A DNA stretch of 64,000 nucleotides from Octopus sinensis (taxonomy: Eukaryota). The translations under genes were made by a program, and so were the position numbers. The notes below the pieces were generated by a model that had not been told where the DNA came from, did no database searches, and saw only the letters and a list, made by a program, of their open reading frames with translations. Positions 60,987-64,000 of the stretch are shown piece by piece. The stretch spans positions 143,034,001 to 143,098,000 of the forward strand of contig NC_042997.1 in assembly GCF_006345805.1 (NCBI RefSeq), given 5' to 3'. Position 1 is the stretch's first letter. Each line of letters starts with the position of its first letter.

Positions 60987-61112
60987 GTAATTAATTCCTT
61001 TGTCACATTTATTCCATGTCAGAAGCTTTCTTCCATCTTACTGGCGTTCTAAATCACAAACCTACTTTGTTCATTGTTTTGTATCAGAGTGGAATTTCTT
61101 TTCCCTTTCAAA

Positions 61113-61491
61113 GGGGTGCTGAAAAGTTCTTGGCTTTGGGTAAAAGAAAATACAGGCGGATCAGTTGATTAGTATCTTATTTCAACATATTCCCCTCTCA
61201 GATCCACACACTTATTGCAGCAGTCCTCCAGTTTTTCTAAGCCCTGTAAAAGAACTTGGAAGGTTAGGCCTCCAACCAAGCCTTTCACAATACCCTTAAA
61301 GCCAGGAACTTTTCACCACTCCCTCATACACACACACACATACACGCACACACACACACACACACACACACGATGGGGTGCTGAAAAGTTCCTGGCTTTA
61401 AGGAAGCCCTGTAAAAAAACTCGGTAGGTTGGGCCTCCAACAGGAATTTCACAACACCCTTAAAGCCAGGAACTTTTCAGCACCCCCTTCA
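61113..61491. mobile_element. Two tandem Tc1/mariner-derived MITEs separated by (CA)n
   Basis: TIR ggggtgctgaaaagttc(c/t)tggcttt / aaagccaggaacttttca(g/c)cac; the first carries minus-strand CNKCVDLRGEYVEI (mariner C-terminus). Confidence 0.75.
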
Positions 61492-62229
61492 TATATATTT
61501 ACTGAAATATTGAGCTATCGTAATTTTCAGTTGTGTACTCTAGTAGTCTTTCAATTTAAGTCAACTACTGTTCTGTCCTCTCCACACTTGCTTCTTCTCT
61601 GTACTCCTTGATTACTTCAGCTGAACCCGCCCTGTTCCAAGCTTTGAGACCAAGTCATTGATTCTGAGTACATCTCAATGTGTTGCTACTTATCACAGCA
61701 ATCCATGAGTCATGGTTTCTTTCCCTTCTCTCCTACCACTCTTGAAAACCCCTTTATATGATCTCATATACTGCCCTTCCTCCACTGACGGGGCCATAAA
61801 AAATGTTCTTTAACCCTTTAGCAATCAGATTTTTCTGTCAAATGAAATGCTTTTTTTATTCACATTGTTTTGAATTAACCATGCATTATCTTGTAGCTTG
61901 GAGATTTCAATGATGTGATTGTTTATTTTTACAATGACATTGTAGGGTATGCTTGATAGGCTAGATCTGGCAAGTTTGAACATGAAACAAGTAGAATATT
62001 TGGGTCTGATATGGCTGGATTGAAAGAGAGTGGGGGGGAAAGCAAAAGCATTCAACTGAACTGTACTGTTGACAGTGAATGTTCTGTCTTGTCCTGGTAT
62101 TGTAGAAGTCATAGCATTTTCTTTTCGACAACTACATGAAAATAAAAGGAATTATTGGTTAGGAGAATCAACTATATTTTTGTCATTTGAAGCAGTTTCA
62201 TTCAGGCAAAGTATCTTATTTATTTACAG

Positions 62230-62314
62230 AAAATTGTTTAAACGGTACTCTAAAGAACGCCACCAACACCACCTCCACCAATAGCACAGAGCTGCCGTGT
62301 GTACCGCAAGTAAG
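62230..62314 (+). CDS. SUCO: SUCO exon: ENCLNGTLKNATNTTSTNSTELPCVPQV(R)
   Basis: ttatttatttacag acceptor, AAG|gtcagt donor, 85 nt, phase 1/2; supplies the phase change needed between 60986 and 63496. Confidence 0.85.
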
Positions 62315-62387
62315 GTCAGTACTTTGATAAGTCACCAATTTCTTATTTCCTTTGAATTTGATTTTTGCAATTTTTAAAAATACTTTT

Positions 62388-62762
62388 TATCTTTTACTTG
62401 TTTCAGTCATAGACTGCAGCCATGCTGGGGCACTGTCTTGAAGGGTTCAGTCGATCAAATTGACCCCAGTACTTATTTTTTAAGTTTGGTACTTATTCTA
62501 TCGATCTCTTTCATTAAACTGCTAAGTAATGGTGGTATAAACAATCCGATGCCAGTTGTCCAGTGGTGGCGGTGGGGTGGGAACAAACACAAAGACACAC
62601 ACACACACATTTATATACAAGTTTCCATCTACCAAATTTACTAACAAGGTATTAGCCAGTCTGAAACTATAGTAGAAAACACTTGCCCAAGATGAGACTG
62701 AACTTGAAACCAAGTGGTTGTGATGAAAAAAACTTCTTAACCACACAGCCATGCCTGCTCCA
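62388..62762 (-). mobile_element. SINE type B
   Basis: Full head-to-tail copy, ~75 bp downstream of the 62230 exon. Confidence 0.8.
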
Positions 62763-63104
62763 TAAAATACAATACTAAACACATTTTAAAACTGATTCCT
62801 AATTTTTACCGACTATTTAGTAATGAATCTAGCGAAGTTCTTTATTGCTTCTATTCCCTGTATATCTTGCCTTTATTTGTGATATCAAGTGAGAAAGGAA
62901 GGCAATAAACCATTGATTTAGTGACCATATAATTAATTTACAAAGTGTTATATTATAGTTCTTTTATCATTATTATTATTTTTCTTGAACCCTAGGAGTC
63001 ATAAGGTTGGTTACCCTGTTTTTATGATATCTAAGTGACCAAGATAACAACATTCCTTCTGAATGGGATGCAGGTGTGTTTCAGGATTCAAAACCAGCAA
63101 GTTT

Positions 63105-63297
63105 ACTTGAGGGGATGGGGGCAAGTTGATTACATCAACCACAGTACTTGACTGGTACTTAGTTTTATTGACCCTGAATGAGATGGAAAGCAAAGTTGAC
63201 CTCAGCAGCATTTGAACTCAGAACATAAAAGAGCTAGAAGAGACACCACTAAGCAATTTTTCTGACGTTTGTAATGGTTCTGCCAGCTGACTGCCTT
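63105..63297 (-). mobile_element. Nin/Deu-domain SINE (type C)
   Basis: ttgaccctgaatgagatggaaagcaaagttgacc..tttgaactcagaac..gccagctgactgcc. Confidence 0.8.
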
Positions 63298-63495
63298 AGC
63301 AACATTGAACTTTGTAATCAAAATTAAGATATCATAAATGAGACTGCCTGTGAGTAATTTTGTTTAAATTCTAAAATTACAAATTAAAATCAATTTGTGA
63401 TTTCAGTTTTTCTGAACATATTGCAGTATAAATTAATGTAATTCACTCCCAATTCACATGAGAAAATATTATTCATACTGTTTTATATTTTGCAG

Positions 63496-63593
63496 GGTTA
63501 ACGCTAGTACAACAACCAAAGCAATTGAGCCTTCTTCAGCAAGTGAACAGATACAGCCTTCGGTGCCTGAAGGTTCTGTCAGTCAAATACCAG
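63496..63593 (+). CDS. SUCO: SUCO exon: VNASTTTKAIEPSSASEQIQPSVPEGSVSQIP
   Basis: atattttgcag acceptor, CAG|gtaaga donor, 98 nt, phase 2/1; last exon seen, gene continues beyond window. Confidence 0.87.
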
Positions 63594-64000
63594 GTAAGAA
63601 TTATTTCTAATTTTCCTTGTAACAATTGAGACGTTTGGAAATTTTTTTTTCTCATTTTACCTATTATCTTTTGCTTGTTTCAAGTCATTGGACTATGGCC
63701 ATGTTGGAACAAATCAAGCCCAGAATTTTTTTTAAGGTCTGAGACTTATTCTATTGATCTCTTTTGCAAAACTGCCAAGTTATGGGGACATAAATCAACA
63801 CCAGGTGTCAAGCAGTGACAGGAGGACAACCACACTGATACACACACACTTGTGATGGGCTTCCACACAGTTTCCATCTACCAGATTCACTCACAAGACA
63901 TTGGTCAGCCTGGAGCTATAGCAGAAGATGCCCAAGTTGCTGCCAATAGGATTGAACCTGATACCACATGGTTGCAAAGTAAGCTTTTCAGCCACACAGC

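Larger units (their letters stand above)
37361..63593 (+). other. SUCO: SUCO-like gene, partial span (13 coding exons; 5' and 3' ends not resolved in window)
   Basis: Exons below join in matching intron phases (2-0-0-2-2-1-2-2-2-1-1-1-2-1), 1571 nt with no stop. Translation contains the SUCO-type SUN domain NYASADCGAKVVLANPEA...NPC...WFIVELCE...ELFSS.PK.F..S.SDRYP...W..LGTF...HYG.EHFCPLTLFRVFG. Confidence 0.95.

Noticed and set aside
63496-63593. Direct phase-1 join of 60986 to 63496 (GLTLVQQPKQLSLL...)
   Set aside because: That frame is open, but the phase-2 frame (VNASTTTKAIEPSS...) fits the S/T/P-rich stalk, and exon 62230-62314 supplies the needed phase change.

Overview
AT-rich eukaryotic genomic DNA. 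The repeat content (RTE-LINE 3' ends with (CAT)n tails, tRNA-derived SINEs, Nin/Deu-domain SINEs) fits a cephalopod, most likely Octopus; this is inferred from recalled repeat families, not from a search. The only gene I can support is a + strand SUCO orthologue (SUN domain-containing ossification factor; Opt/SLP1 family). Thirteen GT-AG exons between 37361 and 63593 chain in compatible phases into 1571 nt (523 full codons). They encode an acidic/Ser-Thr-rich luminal N-region, the SUN domain and the start of a heavily N-glycosylated stalk. The gene runs off the right edge, and its signal-peptide (first coding) exon was not located. Bases 1-34 kb contain no convincing coding exon and are most simply a very long 5' intron. 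The rest is dense, often nested, transposon debris: RTE, R2-Hero and Dong/R4-like LINE fragments; four SINE architectures; hAT, piggyBac, mariner, MULE-like, Helentron(HINE)-like and Helitron-like elements; and a Penelope-like end. Nearly all ORFs in the supplied track are spurious. I found no clearly new multi-gene system. The most notable oddities are three fold-back palindromes inside the putative pre-mRNA (one a perfect 86-bp-arm hairpin), a candidate pair of mutually exclusive exons coupled to tandem acceptors, a tandem donor that would truncate SUCO after the SUN domain, and a 66-67 bp VNTR inside the RTE 3' UTR.
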